Below, one piece after another: positions 35,501 to 48,960 of a stretch of DNA of 64,000 nucleotides (its first letter is position 1; each line of letters begins with the position of its first letter). The stretch is taken from positions 108,441,877-108,505,876 of the forward strand of contig JASCQW010000043.1 of NCBI GenBank assembly GCA_030264375.1. Reading direction: 5' to 3'. The notes under the pieces were generated by a model. That model had not been told where the DNA came from and searched no databases. It saw only the letters and a list, made by a program, of their open reading frames with translations. A program made the position numbers and the translations under genes. Origin of the DNA: Carcharhinus longimanus. Taxonomy: Eukaryota.

Positions 35501-38339
35501 ATTCTGGGGAATGATTTGAATTGATGAACAAAGTGAGAGGCAATGCTAGGGGCATGCGACCTCAGCGGTTTGCATAGGGCCCTGGGCTACTCAAACTGGT
35601 GAAGAGATATGTGCACTGTGACCGTGAGTTCAATGAGCCCAGCTGTGGTAAAACCACTAACTTTATTTGATTACCTGGATGATGCCAAGAGTGACAGACA
35701 TCCTTAAACATAAAATGTTTGGCAGCATTCCATCAGAAAAGGTAAACGCAAATGGATCCTGGGACTGTTCATTCAGATGGCCCGCTAGCTGATAATGGAT
35801 GAGATAACTAAATGAATTGTACAATAGCAGTTGCTATAACTGTTCATTTTCCCATCAAAAATAAAGTTATGCGGTGACTTTAGATGAATGACAATGGCAT
35901 GAACTGTTAAATGTAATCCAATCTGTTCACATTCATGAATTAAATTGCTTGTCTTTTGATGAGATATTTTAACCTCAGAGCTTTATTTTTGCCATAAGGC
36001 AGTAGTGGATTCAATCTGAATTAGGCATTCATTGGGGAATGATGTTGACCCATCTAACATTAGAACTGCAGTATCATGCTTAAAAGAAAAATAAATTAGC
36101 TTTTGGGACTGTCATCTGCGATGAAAGATGAGGAGTAATACTACACCCACAGTACCATATTCTGTTCCAAGGCAATCCTTGTATGTGGCGTTCAGTGCAA
36201 ACCACTAATGGTATTTTGGCTGATGTTCTTTGCTTACTTAATCAAATTGTGATGCAGGCCTGAAGACAAGGCTGCCTCAGTTGACACAAAGATACACAGC
36301 ACTATTCAGAGGAACTCTCCATAATGTTCTGGTCCACGTTCACCTCTCAACATCAGGTTGTCTGGTTGCTATTTCATTATTATTTGTGCATAAATTGGCT
36401 GCCATATTTGCTCATGGGTGCATAATTAGCTGCCGTATTTCCTTCCATGAGATGGAAGCATAATACAATTAAGTATTAACAAATGATGTGAATAAAAACC
36501 ATGGCAAAACTTGGACCTAAAAAGTGGACCTAAATCACCATTCTAAATGGTGATAAGCTCATAATAGTGGAATTCCAAACAAATTTTGAGAGTGATATGA
36601 TTGAAGTTTAAGCCATTCAGATTAACAGATAGAATAAAGATCAGCTATTTAAGTTGTTTGTAGTGTTTAGGATAGGTGTCGTCGAAACAATTCAAACCAA
36701 GCCTTTCAATAATGAAGCTAAGACATACTTTTATACTCAGGGTCAACGGGCTGATAATCAGCTTGGGAATACTTCCACAACTTCCACCACTATTCACCAA
36801 AGGCTAAACAAAAGTACAGACATGAAGATATACTGACACAATAACACTAAGGATGATTGAGCGGTCTCTGTTCTACAAACAACATTTGCTGCTGAGTCAG
36901 TCCTGCTCTCTGCAGTATAAGGGTCTGACATGTAAAGAGTTAATGTGAGACTGGGTAAAGTACCACCCACACAGTGATGTAAGAGAATACATGACTTACA
37001 CCTAGGGGTCAGTATAGTATTGGACAGAGTCGTGTGTAACAACAAACACAGAGACCGCTCCTAACTTGGATCTTATAGTAAATAGTTAATAAGTATTTAC
37101 TACCTAAGAATGAATTATAATATATAGCTATGCCCAATACCTTACAACACTTTCTTATGTATTTTGTTAAATATTCACTTTGTCAAATTCACCCCAAGAC
37201 TTTGAAACAGTTAAAGAAATATGCAATGTATGTAAAACACGCACAATTATTTACCCACAGATGGGCATTTAACTTCACATATAGTGATAACATTGATGTG
37301 GACAAATTGGTAACAATATCAGTTTCTGATTTAGGAAAGGTTTTGCTGGGCTATATCCATCTCATAGGTATTTAGACTCTATAAGGTGGAGAGAATGTAC
37401 TTAATTTAGTAGGTTTGTCTGGTTGTAAAACACAACATGCTTTTGAAGTGTTTTGTGTTTAGATGACAAATATAGCCATTTGGTGTAACAGGCTGAGAAT
37501 ATTCACTTGTAATTACACAATGCTCTGCAGCATTTGCAATTCGGGGTACTGAAACAGTCCATGTCCACATGCAGCATGGATAATATTCGGTCTAGGGTTG
37601 TGACACTTTCAAGCAACACTTGCACCACACGAGGGCCAGGCAATGAATCGAGAAGCACTTGTCAAGTGGCCATAGATTGGTTGTTCGTAGTAAATGAGGA
37701 GGGGCTCAAGGAGACTGTGGCTCTGCAGCAAGTATACAAGACATCACAGCCAATATTGCTACATAGAGCTCCATAAATCATATTAACCCCCTTTAGTCAA
37801 ATTCAAGCATGGTTACCTGCCCATCAAAACCAACAGAATAGAGCAGAATAACGGTTCCCCAAATTTTTGGCACTTCTAAAGTGGAGGGCTTCATGTCCAA
37901 TGGTGTAGAAAATGCATATTGTGCATTTCCTGACTTTGGGATTGTCAATGTAGTATATAATGCTAGACTGTGCAGTCTAGATTTTGTGAAAAAGTCTCTG
38001 GCATGGGACTTGAACCCACAACCTTCTGATTTGGACTTTAGAATACTTACATAACTATTGCATAGTTAAATAGCAAGGGATGTTATCTCATCAACATGTA
38101 AATTGTAGATAACTGCTGCTGGAAATTAATGAATGTTATGGTATATTCACAGAGAATGAATATGATACTTTTTTCAGGGCAGTGTCCACTGTGCCGTGTG
38201 GAAGCTGTTATGCCAGAACAGAATTGTCATGGGCACAGTTCAAAACACAATATAATTGCAATGATGCCAATGTTAACAATTCAAAGATATTGATATTTAA
38301 TTTATAATGAAACAATCTATGTGGTCAATAAAGTATATC

Positions 38340-39000
38340 AGAGAGGTTCATGACATTTATATATACTCAGGCTAGCTCTGCCATTCAGAGAGGTCACAGC
38401 TAATTTTCTGGCTTAATTCCTTTACAGCCCTATTCCTGTGTTTCATAATTCCCTCTGTCCAAAAAATGTTATTTTCTATCTTGAATTTATTCAACAATGG
38501 AGTATTCACAGCTCTCAGGGGTAGAGAGTTGCAAAAAAATCACAATTCTCTGTGTGACTAAATCTGTCCTCACCTTAGTCCTCAATGACTAACCCTTATC
38601 TGAGCTGACACTTCCTAAATTTTCCAAGTAGGGGAAACAGCCTCTCAGCATTTACTCAGTGAAAGGAACATAGGAACAGGATTAGGCCATTCAGTCCTTT
38701 CAACCTGTCCCACCATTCGATGAGACCATGGCTGATGTGTGACTTCAGTCCACAAACTTCCCTTTGGTCCATGTACCTTAATACTTCTGATTAATATCAG
38801 TCTCGGATTGAAAACCAACTAATGCAGCTAACTTTGCCTTTGCAGATTTCTCTGAATTTCTAAAAAAAAGGCTCTAGTTCTTAAATGATGCCACCTAGTC
38901 CCAGACTCATCACCATCAAAACTTAGTTTCTCTCTGTCTATCCTAAATTCTCCTTCATGTTTTGAAATATTTGATTAACCCCTTAACGCATTGATTCCAG
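38340..39000 (-). mobile_element. Two adjacent CR1/HER1-like 3' fragments
   Basis: cacagctctcaggggtagagagttgcaaa.. and gaacataggaacaggattaggccattcagtcc..ccatggctgat. Confidence 0.65.
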
Positions 39001-39016
39001 GGAATACATTGATAGA

Positions 39017-41800
39017 TGTGAGTTACAATGATATAAAGGCACTGGTCGCTCACAAGGGATTTTACAAACAAGTTGTGAGTTTATTTATTAAGAACATTCA
39101 CACATGAACGCATACGCATGGACAGCAAACTTGAAGACATCAGAGCTGCAGAACTATGTGCCTGTATTCTACTCCAGGCCAAAGTAAAACTGAGACTGGA
39201 TCTCATGACACACTTCCCTTAAAGTGATGGCATGCTGCTATATCTTAAAGGCATATTATAATATCCCTCTTTCTTTATGAAAGATACCTCTTCCCCACCC
39301 ACCCACAACTAAGTGTAACTATTTACCATACACGTTCATGTTTAGTTATCATTATGTACGCGCATAGAACTGATGAATCTATGAGTCTTTAAGGCATAAA
39401 TGCAATATGCTGGTATGTCCAGATATTGTAATGGTTATCTTGTCTGGAGTTTTCTTTAATTGCTTACAGTGATATTTGGGATGGTCATTCTTGGATGTTG
39501 TTTCTGGTTGCACTTGGGATCTTATCCTCGATGCAATAGGACTGCATGGTGGTTGAGGAGCTGAAATGGATCTAATTTTCCTTCTGTTATACCTCACTGT
39601 TACATTTTTTATGTCTAACACACCATAGGATCTCGGTTCTGAATAAATCCTTGTCACTTCAGCTGACTTTGATTGCCACATACCTTCTATGGGATCCTGA
39701 ATGTGGACATAATGTCTCAATCATAAACTTGGCAATTCTGCACCTGTATTTTTATCGTGCTCATTGGTTATCTCTTCTTGTAATTTTAAAAGTTGCTCTC
39801 TAGTGTCTGAGTGAGCAGCATGACTAAGAGTACGTAGATTGGTGCACAGTGGTCTGCCAAACATAAGATCTTAGGATGAAGGAATAGTTGCACTTAAAAA
39901 CTCACTCTCAGATGTAACAGTGCAATCGGTAGATCTTGCTGGTTTGTGATCATTTGAGAATTAGGGATTTTATCATGCAAATGATTTGTTTAGCTAGGAT
40001 AGGGGTAATGAGGAGGAGATATGGTGTGATCGATACTTCTGTTCTCTCACATAGCTAGACATGGTTTACCATTAAATTGGGGACCATAATCTGTAATGAT
40101 TTCTCTATTCACACCAAATAAACGGAAAATAGTGCTTAGTGTGCGTGACAGTTGTGCAGTTGTCGAATAATGAGGTACTTAGCAAAGTAGTCGATGATCA
40201 TGTGAAGTCAGTACCATGGACATCAAAGAGGTCAGATGCAATTTTGGACCTAGGAGGGGTAAGATCTTCTTATGGAATCAGTGGTGCTTTGTTATGACTT
40301 AGCATGTACTCTTGACATGCCTCACACTAGTGGAAAATTACTTTGATGTCATTGTTCATACCTGAACAATAAACCATCTTGTCAGTCTTCTTGTCTGATC
40401 TGTGCCCATGTGAGAGTGATGAAGTTGTTGAAGAATATCATGTCACAAAGCTCGCAGTATGAAGACCTGCCTGTATTATGCTTCTTGGAAGATGCCGAGC
40501 TCATCCTTGTCAGTCCAAAAAAGTCTCTTGTGTTTATGGACATTCTGAATTGAACCAGGCCATCCTTCAGTGAAGGTTTTTCCCCAGTTTCCGTAATGTG
40601 GAATCTTTTGCTGTTTCTTATTTTGGCAGTTGGCATTTGCATTGCACAAAACATACCTGATCGACCGATGGACATAATGTCGCATCTGCCTTGAAACTGT
40701 CGATCATGTTGAAATATTCTGGATATTTTGAAAGGAGGTGATAGGAGTAGATTCTGAATGTAATCTGCTTTGTGAGGTCTGGCTAATTCAGTGGATTGTC
40801 ATGATTGCAAGTTCAAGATATGCCGGTAACCCTGTGTTTGCTGGGCCTTTGGTCTCCAAGTGCAGAAAGTCTGTGAAACACAGGATTGTACTTGCGCTCC
40901 AGGAATATGGATCCTCCACAGAAATGGTGAACAGTTGTACGCTGAGACTTTCACAGTTATGGTTTTTGTCATGGTCCTACATGTCTGTGGACACATGTAT
41001 TTTGGAAATACATGAAATATGATGGCGAGAATCATGTTTCCTAACCCTTGCAATATATTGTTCCTCATCCCAATTCTTGCTGATGATCAATGCTGATGCA
41101 AAATTGCCCCCTAGAATTTAATGAAATGTATATGTTTTATCATCACTACTTTCTAAAATCTTAGAACTGGTCAATGATCTTTTAAAATAGCTGAAGATAT
41201 GTATGCCTGTAATCTTCAAACAATAGGCACTAATCTGGCACTTAGAGGAAAATTTGCATCCCTTTATCTTGAAAGAAACCGTAACAATGCCCATGGACTG
41301 CAGAGACAAAGTTCAAAGGAAAATAGCGGTTATCTGCATTTCAGAACTTAGCAGAATGTCCTAGCTCGTCTGCTAGGACAGAGGGCCCTGCAAACTTCCT
41401 TTCAAATTCTGAACGGTTGGAACATTAATAATCTCAGCAACTCAGTCAAAGGGATATGATCTAAACCAAAGGGAAGAGGTGGGATTGAAGTGACATGATC
41501 CATCTCACAGCTGGTGAAACCTATAATGTTGTCTTGTGGAGCTGCAAAGGTCAGTCCACCAACTTTTCATTTACTCGAGAGCTGCACATTAAAGGACTCA
41601 ATCCAGGTTTGAATCCTCAGCCTCATGAACACTCCTTCTGCAGGAACTCATGGACTTCTGTACCATCGCCCATTGCCCACAAGACTGCTTCATCTCTGGG
41701 AACATTTCTCATCGTGGAAGTCAACTCGACTGGAAAAGTGACTTATCCAGCATCATTTTGACTTGCCAACCTCTGTAAATGAATTTCACTATTATACTTT
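39017..41800 (-). mobile_element. Decayed Gypsy LTR retrotransposon: pol (integrase) relic, PPT and 3' LTR (~39017-39263)
   Basis: Minus-strand pieces read WSKIASDLFDVHG..IIDYFAKYL, LFGVNREIITDYGPQFNG, DLMFGRPLCTNLR and VHIQDP..WQ..SEPRSYGV..RYNRRKIR. PPT aaagaaagaggga (39264-39276 reversed) abuts the LTR. Confidence 0.85.
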
Positions 41801-41844
41801 AATCTAGACACTGCACACATGTGAAACAATAATTCCTTACTGTG

Positions 41845-42140
41845 GAATGATGGTTCACAGCATCACGGACCTGGGNNNNNNNNNNGTCTGCATAGGTTTC
41901 CTCCAGGTGCTCCAGATTCCTTCCACAATCCAAAGATGTTCAGGTTAGATGGATTGATGGTGTTAAATTGCCCCATTTGCACAAAGGTGTGCAGGTTAGG
42001 TGGATTAGCCATGGTAAATGCGCAGGCCTACAGGGATTGGGAGGGGCAGAAAGGGGTATGATACCCTTTCGGAGTGTCAGTGCAGATTCAATGTGCCAAA
42101 TGACCCCCTTCTGCACCATAGAGATTCCATGGTTCTATTG
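41845..42140 (+). mobile_element. HE1-like V-SINE with internal duplication and a 10-N gap
   Basis: The V-domain segment caaagatgt.caggttag.tggatt occurs twice, followed by the tail cttctgcaccatagagattccatggttctat. Confidence 0.85.
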
Positions 42141-43034
42141 TCTTTGCCCTATAAATCTTACCTTCTCTATTCGCCTCTTTTTTTGTACGAGTTTGTATTA
42201 TATAAGTGAAAAGGGGACAACATTGTTACCGCCCTCCTCCCACATTTGTTTATTATTGTGTGCAAATAAACAAACCCTCTGCATTCATCCTATTATGAGT
42301 TTACTGTGGGTTCAATTATAGGAAATTGGATCATACAAAACTGGGGGGTTAGGAAGATTGTCAAGCTTGTTGGGAAGCTTATAAAAGGGAAAGCCAATTC
42401 AAATCCCTTTCTGTATAAGGGTGGATGGTGAGACGAGAAATCAGGGCTATTTAAATTAAACCCCCTCCAGTTTGCAGCAACACAGCTTATGAAACAGGTC
42501 CAAAATGCAACAAAATAACTGAACATCAGACCATGCTTACCATTGTAATTGTGTACTGAGAACAGACCAGGCTTATTCATTGCTCCATGAGGTAAATCAC
42601 AGACCCAATTTACAAGTTATTCAAAAATAAAACTTTCCAACATTTTTTCACAACAGTAAGCACAAAACTACAGATGGATCTGAAAATCAAACCAAAGCTA
42701 CTTTCATAACTATGAAAGAAAGGGGCATCTTATCCTACCAGTTGCAATAGTGTGAGGTCCCAGAGTCATGGAGTGACTGGCAGTACAAATAGAAGCCAGG
42801 TACCACTGATAATCCACAAGGATCAGATTTTCAGCTCGTGGATTTCTTTGTCAAACTAAAGACAGTTCATCCACATCCAAACAACTAAGCTTTGAACCTC
42901 CCCAGCACAATGCATTAGCAATTAAACCCAGTGTGCTGATCGCTACTTGTAGAGAACAATGAAAGAATTGGAAGGACCATAGAAATTTTTCTGACTGCTT
43001 CAAATGCAGAAGGTAAAATAACCAGGATAAATAA

Positions 43035-43272
43035 TATCATAGAGTTTATTTGGCCCATTGAGTCTGCACCGAGAACAATCCCACCCAGGCCCTATTCCCA
43101 TAATCCCATATATATACCCTCCTAAACCCCCTAACAATAAGGGGCAATTTAGCATGGCCAACGAACCTAACCTGCACATCTTCAGATTGTGGGAGGAAAC
43201 CTGCACAGATGTGGGGAGAACGTGCAAGCTCCACACAAGGCCGAAATTGAACCTGTGCCACCGTGCTGCCCA
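43035..43272 (-). mobile_element. HE1-like V-SINE, internally deleted
   Basis: ggcccattgagtctgcacc..ggggcaatttagcatggcc..cctgcacatctt..tgtgccaccgtgctgccc. Confidence 0.85.
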
Positions 43273-43357
43273 AAATAATTGAGAACTGAATCTGAAACCA
43301 TTGATACTCAAACTTGCAAATTATGTGCTGCATAAGCATTGAATACACATAATATCG

Positions 43358-43476
43358 TATGCAATACAAGTAACATATATGCAATAAAACTAACATATGT
43401 GCAATACAAGTAACAGTAAGCAATAGAAGTAACATGGAAGTGTACAAGTGACACATGTGCAATACAAGTAATATAA
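43358..43476. repeat. Degenerate ~19-20 bp minisatellite (atgtgcaatacaagtaacat), about 6 copies
   Basis: gcaatacaagtaaca recurs with variants. Confidence 0.8.
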
Positions 43477-43604
43477 TGTACGATCTATAAAGTTATTGAA
43501 TGAATATCCAGGATTCTCACTGACCAGTGTCAAAAGCGCAGGCCAGTAAAATTTCATGAGCCTGTAGGCCACTCCATATGAAAATACCTCAAAATGCATT
43601 AATT

Positions 43605-43900
43605 CATAGAATCCCTATAGTGCAGAAGGAGACCACTGAGCCAACACCAACCACAATCCCACCCAGGCCCAATTCCTGTAACCCTGCAAATTTACCCTCC
43701 TAACCCCCTGACACTAAGGATAATTTAGCATGGCCAATCAACCCAACCCGCACATCTTTGGAGTGTGGAAGGAAACCAAAGCACCCAGAGGAAATCCATG
43801 CAGACACGGGTGCAAACTCCACAGACACAGTGACCCAAGCCAGGAATCGAACATTGGTCTCTGGTGCGGTGAGGCAGCAGTGTTAACCACCGTGCCGCCC
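43605..43900 (-). mobile_element. HE1-like V-SINE
   Basis: catagaatccctatagtgcagaaggag..gaggcagcagtgttaaccaccgtgccgccc. Confidence 0.9.
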
Positions 43901-44250
43901 ATTGCAAAAGAGGCAAAAGAAATAAAGCAAATAAAGATGCATTTGCCAATCCAATTCTACTGCAGTATGTGACAATGGCTCAGAAATTTCTATGCATCAC
44001 CCAGGCTGTCAAGCAGTAATTTAGGAGATGACATGGCTGCTGGGGAGTTGGAAATGTCAAGTGATAATGTTGCGAACACTATGATTGTGGGGCAGTTCTT
44101 AATAAACCAGCCGCCCACCATTTTCGTATATTCATAGGACAGCCTTAAGGNNNNNNNNNNNNNNNNNNNNNNNNNNNNNNNNNNNNNNNNNNNNNNNNNN
44201 NNNNNNNNNNNNNNNNNNNNNNNNNNNNNNNNNNNNNNNNNNNNNNNNNN

Positions 44251-44327
44251 TCAGCGCTGACCCTCTGACAGTGCGGCACTCCCTCAGCGCTGACCCTCTG
44301 ACAGTGCGGCACTCCCTCAGCGCTGAC
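44251..44327. repeat. 33-bp tandem repeat (tcagcgctgaccctctgacagtgcggcactccc), at least 2.3 perfect copies next to a gap
   Basis: Units at 44251-44283, 44284-44316 and a partial at 44317-44327. The adjacent 100-N gap probably hides more units. Confidence 0.9.
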
Positions 44328-45897
44328 TTGCCAACTTGCCAATCTGTGCTATTTGATTTCCCTCCTTAATTTGAGGGGAGAAAGTTTCTCTTCATAAGTC
44401 CAGATCATTAATTAATGGTTTCAAAAGCTTATTGATTCATTTCACTCTGAGTTGAATGAATGCGTTGGAGAGCTGCAAAATATCCCAGTAAACAAGAAGA
44501 TGCCTGGTCCACTGTGTGTTCGTTGCAGAATTAGGTGGAAGGAAGTCCTTCAAATCTCTTTCCGTTCATTAACATTTTTACTGTTTGTGCGTGGGATTTC
44601 AGACAGCAAACTTGGAGGAACTCTGAGAAAACTTGGCTGAAAGTTTAATTAAGAACTTCAAGTTTCAGTTATAAATACTGGCATCTCTATAATTGGGGCA
44701 CTGCCTTGCCTTCATTGCATTGCTCTGTCACAGGGGAACTTGCAGTAAATTGTCGCTGAAACAGGGATATTCTTTGTCAGCCATTCTCCAACACATTTGT
44801 GTTTGCCACAGTAGAATTAACAGAGCTTGGGAAACTTATGCTGCCTAAGTAGCTCATTAGTTGCTTGAGCAGTGTTAAGGGATCATTATTGTGGTTGTGT
44901 CGTGATTGGCTGAGATTCTTTATTGTGGTTAATGAACTCTTTCTTTTGCTGGAAAATGTGTTTTTTTTTGACTGATACGTTGCTGCATTTGTGATTGATT
45001 CACAGTGAATGTAAAACTGGGGTCCCTTGTTTGAAAGAAACAAAGAAATGTCATGGTCCGGATCTGTTGCCGTTCAGGCCTGCTAATAGTTTTCAAGGAT
45101 TTATTTAGGATTTTCTGACTATATCTGATCCCTTCCACGGGAAATCAACACACAGGCTGGGATGTTACAGCTATTCATGTCGGCGAGATTTTCCCATCCT
45201 GCTGCAGAGAACGAAGATTTGGCTGGGCGCCAAAATTCTCTAACCTCGCTGAAGCAGGAGTATGGTGTGAATGGCTGATAAGATCTCACCCATTGCATAT
45301 AATTAAACAAAATTTGGCCATACCCTGACAAGGTGCAACTGCAACACTGGACGTGCAGCTGTAACTGTGAGAACCACCATGAGGGATAAACCTCACTGAT
45401 CTTATCCTCACTAATCTGCATATCGCAAATGCATCTATTCATAACAGTACTAGTAAAGGTGATGACCATTGAGTCTTTGTGGGACATTCATGAATAATTG
45501 TGGTACAATGGGAGCAGAGGAAGTGCGTTCCACCACCACCTGTAATCTGATGATCAACAAAACCCTTACTCAATCTTTTCCATCAAACCAAGCCATCAAC
45601 CTTGTTTCAATGAGGATAGCGTTGCTGGTGTACCGAAAATGATGTGGCAGCCTGGTGAAGCTACAACCCAAGACTGCATGCCAAACAGCAAATGCTGCAT
45701 CCTATAGACATCCTACAACCAATGGATCCAGTCAAGGCTCTGCAGTCATGAACGATGGACAATAAAACACTAATTGTGCCACTGAAATATTTCCAATCAT
45801 CTGCAACTAGAAGTACCAAGTGGATGATCTATCCAGGCCTCTTCCTGAGGTCCCCAGCATCACAGAAGCTAGTCTTCAGCCAATTCAATCAATCCAT

Positions 45898-46966
45898 TGT
45901 AATGATCCAGAGAGAGACCTATAACATTTAAAGAGCTGAGCATTTATCAAATGAATGAAGCTACAACATTCCCTTTTTAAAACAGAATAATTTGATTTCA
46001 TCAAGAAACAAAGAGCGTGAATTCTAGGAACTATACTCTATCATAGACAATCGTTAAATTAATTATATTAAAGATATGAAAAATGTACAATGAACACAAT
46101 TACTTATACTCTAAACCAAATTTGTTATCTCAAATTTTCTTCCGCATCTTTATGGCCTAGCCTGAAACTCAAGTCAGATACTTACCAGAAGTTGGAAGGT
46201 TAATTATTTGGTCTGAATACTGTTTCAAATATTTGTACAATGGCTATGATTTATTGGGCTTGCTGCCAGCAGGTTTGTCCCTTCAAATCTCCTCCAACTG
46301 TCCCATGATTGTTGACTCAGTTCAACACGAGAATCATTAGCATCTTAAACATAGCCATCTCCAGTCAGAATATTCTTGGTTCTAATTTACTTTAACTCTG
46401 GAGTATTGCATCGAGGAACTCTCTCTTTTCGGGTTGGCTGTCCCATAAATCCAATTCACTCTTCGTAGAGCCCTTCTGTTACCAAAGGATTAAAATACTT
46501 CTAACCATTGCATAGAATTTCAGCTGAATCCAGCTTAAAGAAATGTTCTCTGCAGCCAGCTTATTCCAGACTGAACAGCTTAATAAAACAAGCACACCCA
46601 GGGATCTATTCCCCCCTGTAATCAATTTGCTGTTTATCCATTTACATTGCTATTGTTTATCTCCAAGGCAACTTGGTCACATGATCAGTTACTGGAAGCC
46701 AGCTTTTTTACACAAGGAATCAGCTTCCAGAGAAACCTAGTTCTTAAAAGAACACCATCCAAATAATATTTTTCATCCCCACAGCACATAGATCATTTGG
46801 ATTAGAGTATGAGTAATTGTGTTCATTGTACATTTTTCATATCTTTGATACAATTAATTTAATGATTATTTATGATATAGTTCCTAGAATTCACGTTCTT
46901 TGTTTCTTGATGAAATCAAATTATTTAGTTTTAAAAAGGGAATGTTGTAGCTTCATTCATTTGATA
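45898..46966. mobile_element. Insert bounded by ~175-bp inverted repeats (45945-46121 / 46795-46966) containing a PPT-LTR-like junction
   Basis: The arms are reverse complements. Each carries aaaaagggaa|TGTTGtagc. atgatcca occurs at 45902-45909 and 46966-46973. Confidence 0.7.
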
Positions 46967-47641
46967 TGATCCATACGATACCAAAAAATGGCTAAACATG
47001 TTAGATATAGGAAAGGCTATGGGGCCCCAACAGCATCCCACCTGCAGAACTAACAATGACTCAAGTATTGTAACAACATGGAATCTAACTACATAGAAAA
47101 TTGCTGAACTCTTATTTTCTGTTCATAAAGAGGACAAATCTAATTCATCCAATTACTACCTCATTAGCAAAGTAATGGGAGGTGTCATTGACGCTGCCTT
47201 CAAGTGACACTTACTTAATAATAACCTGCTCACCAATGCATAGTTTGGGTTCTTCCAGGACTGGTCAGCTCTAGATCTCATTACTGCCTTGGTTCAAACA
47301 TGGACCAAAGATCTGAATATCAGAGGAGAGGTGAGAGAGAATGCTGTTGACATCAAAGCTTCTTTTGACTGAGTGTGACATCAAGGAATACTCATCAACT
47401 TCAAATTAATTGGAATCTGAGGGATATTTGATGGCTGCAGTTATATCTAACACAAAGAAATATAATTGTTGGCAGTCAGTCATCTCAGACTCGGTGTTTG
47501 GCTGCAAGAGTTCCTCATGATCCTAAGTCCGACCATCTTCTGTTGCTATATTAATGGTTTTCCTGCCATCAGAAGTTCAGAAATAAGGAGGTTTGGTAAT
47601 GAATATATAGTGTTCTATTCCATTCACGTCTCTACAAACAC

Positions 47642-47767
47642 GGGCCAGAATTTTACTGCCCCATCATGACAGAATCAGTGTGGGCGATGGGCGGACAATA
47701 GAAATGTCTATTGACCTTGGGTGGGATTTTATGGTTTTGGGAAAAATTGGATCATAAAATCCACCCG
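47642..47767. mobile_element. Short MITE (Harbinger-like) inserted in a LINE
   Basis: gggccagaattttact ... ataaaatccaccc imperfect TIRs. A related copy lies at ~58963-59060. Confidence 0.55.
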
Positions 47768-48699
47768 TTGAGTCAGTTTGTGCTCACTTACAGCAAGGCT
47801 GGATAATAGTCAGGCAAGGGCTGATAATTTGCCTGTAACTATATACTAATATAAATATATACTAAGCAAGTGCCAGGCAACAGTCATCTTCACCAAGACA
47901 GAATCTAACCATTTTCCTTTTGACAATCAATGGCATTACCATCCCCAATGTTAGCAACCTGTTGGTCACTATTGTTCCAACTTAACTGGACCAGCCACAT
48001 AAATATAATAACTGCAACAGCGTCAGTTGTTGGGTATTCTGTGCTGAGCAACTCAATTCCCAAAGCCTTTCCACCATCTTAAATGCACAAGTGTGGAGTG
48101 CTCTCCACTCTTCTGAATTACTGCAACACCTGCAAAACTTAAGCTCAGTGGGATCAACAGCATCAGTGCAAAACAACCTTCTTGATTGGCATCCCACACA
48201 CCAACTTAATCATTCAGTCTTGCCAACATTTGCACATCAGGGATGAAGTGTGTGCCATTTACAAAATACATTGCAGCAACTTGCCTTGAGTCCTTCAGCA
48301 GCATCTTCCAAAACCATAATCTCTACCACCTAGGAGGACGAGGACAGTCGGTGCATGGGAACACCATGCCCTCAAAGTCATAAACCATCTCGACTTGGAA
48401 ATATATCACAGATTCTTCATTGTTACAAAGTTAAAATTCTGCAATCCCACCATACAGCATTGTGGCAGTGTCTTTCACCACAGCAGTTCAAGAAGTTGGT
48501 CACCCCTACATTCTGAAGGGCAACTAGGGATGCCTTTGCAATGATGCCCACATCTCTTTCTCTTAAATCTCAGAGACAAAATGCATTTTAATGTAGATTT
48601 TCATGTCTTTGAACCAGAATTCTTCATAACCTTGTACATAATTAAAATAAAGGCTTGCACAAATCTCAGAAAAATCTCATAATAATTAAATAAAGAGAC

Positions 48700-48960
48700 A
48701 CCTTGTGGCTCTGATGGGTGTACCCCTGCAGGTAAGCCAGAAGTTCAGAGTTCAAGTCCCACTCTGGTATTTGTTGGAACGTTAGCCAAACAGCTTGATT
48801 ATCAGACTGTAAGACCTTCCAATATACCTGTAGCAGGAGGTAAGAATGGGGGAGTCTCCTGGTCAGCCCTGATTCAGGTAAAGTGATGCCCCTCAAGCGA
48901 AAGCTTCTGGTGACGGGCTTGCAATTTATTATCTGAGAAAACTAGCAATGGAAACAAGAT
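48700..48960 (+). mobile_element. Degenerate tRNA-derived SINE
   Basis: gtggctctgatggg (A-box-like) and gagttcaagtccc (B-box-like). The body is similar to 900-1200. Confidence 0.5.

Larger units (their letters stand above)
45270..48560 (+). mobile_element. CR1-group LINE ORF2 and 3' end relic, interrupted at ~45898-46966 and 47642-47767
   Basis: Colinear with 11890-13380 and 27320-28100: cttatcctcactaatctg, agtcttcagccaattc, aaaggctatggg, ggacaaatctaattcatccaattac, tttgggttcttccagg, gttgacatcaaagc, gggcaactagggatg tail. Confidence 0.85.

Noticed and set aside
38170-38295. Acceptor-like ttttttcag followed by a frame reading QCPLCRVE (RING-like CPLCR)
   Set aside because: No upstream RING exons were found and the rest of the peptide is unrecognisable. 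A five-residue motif can arise by chance. RNA-seq would settle it.
39702-40685. Two minus-strand ORFs both starting MRHYVH
   Set aside because: Only about 13 bp are shared (tggacataatgtc) within a decayed Gypsy pol. Too short to distinguish from chance.
42220-42960. Possible solo LTR starting TGTTACC
   Set aside because: I could not define a matching CA end or TSD, so it is left uncalled.
43046-43462. 138-aa hydrophobic ORF
   Set aside because: It is a read-through of a minisatellite and an HE1 SINE, not a gene.
43358-44327. Short periodic repeats as a possible CRISPR-like array
   Set aside because: The units are contiguous tandem copies with no unique spacers, the context is eukaryotic and there are no cas genes.
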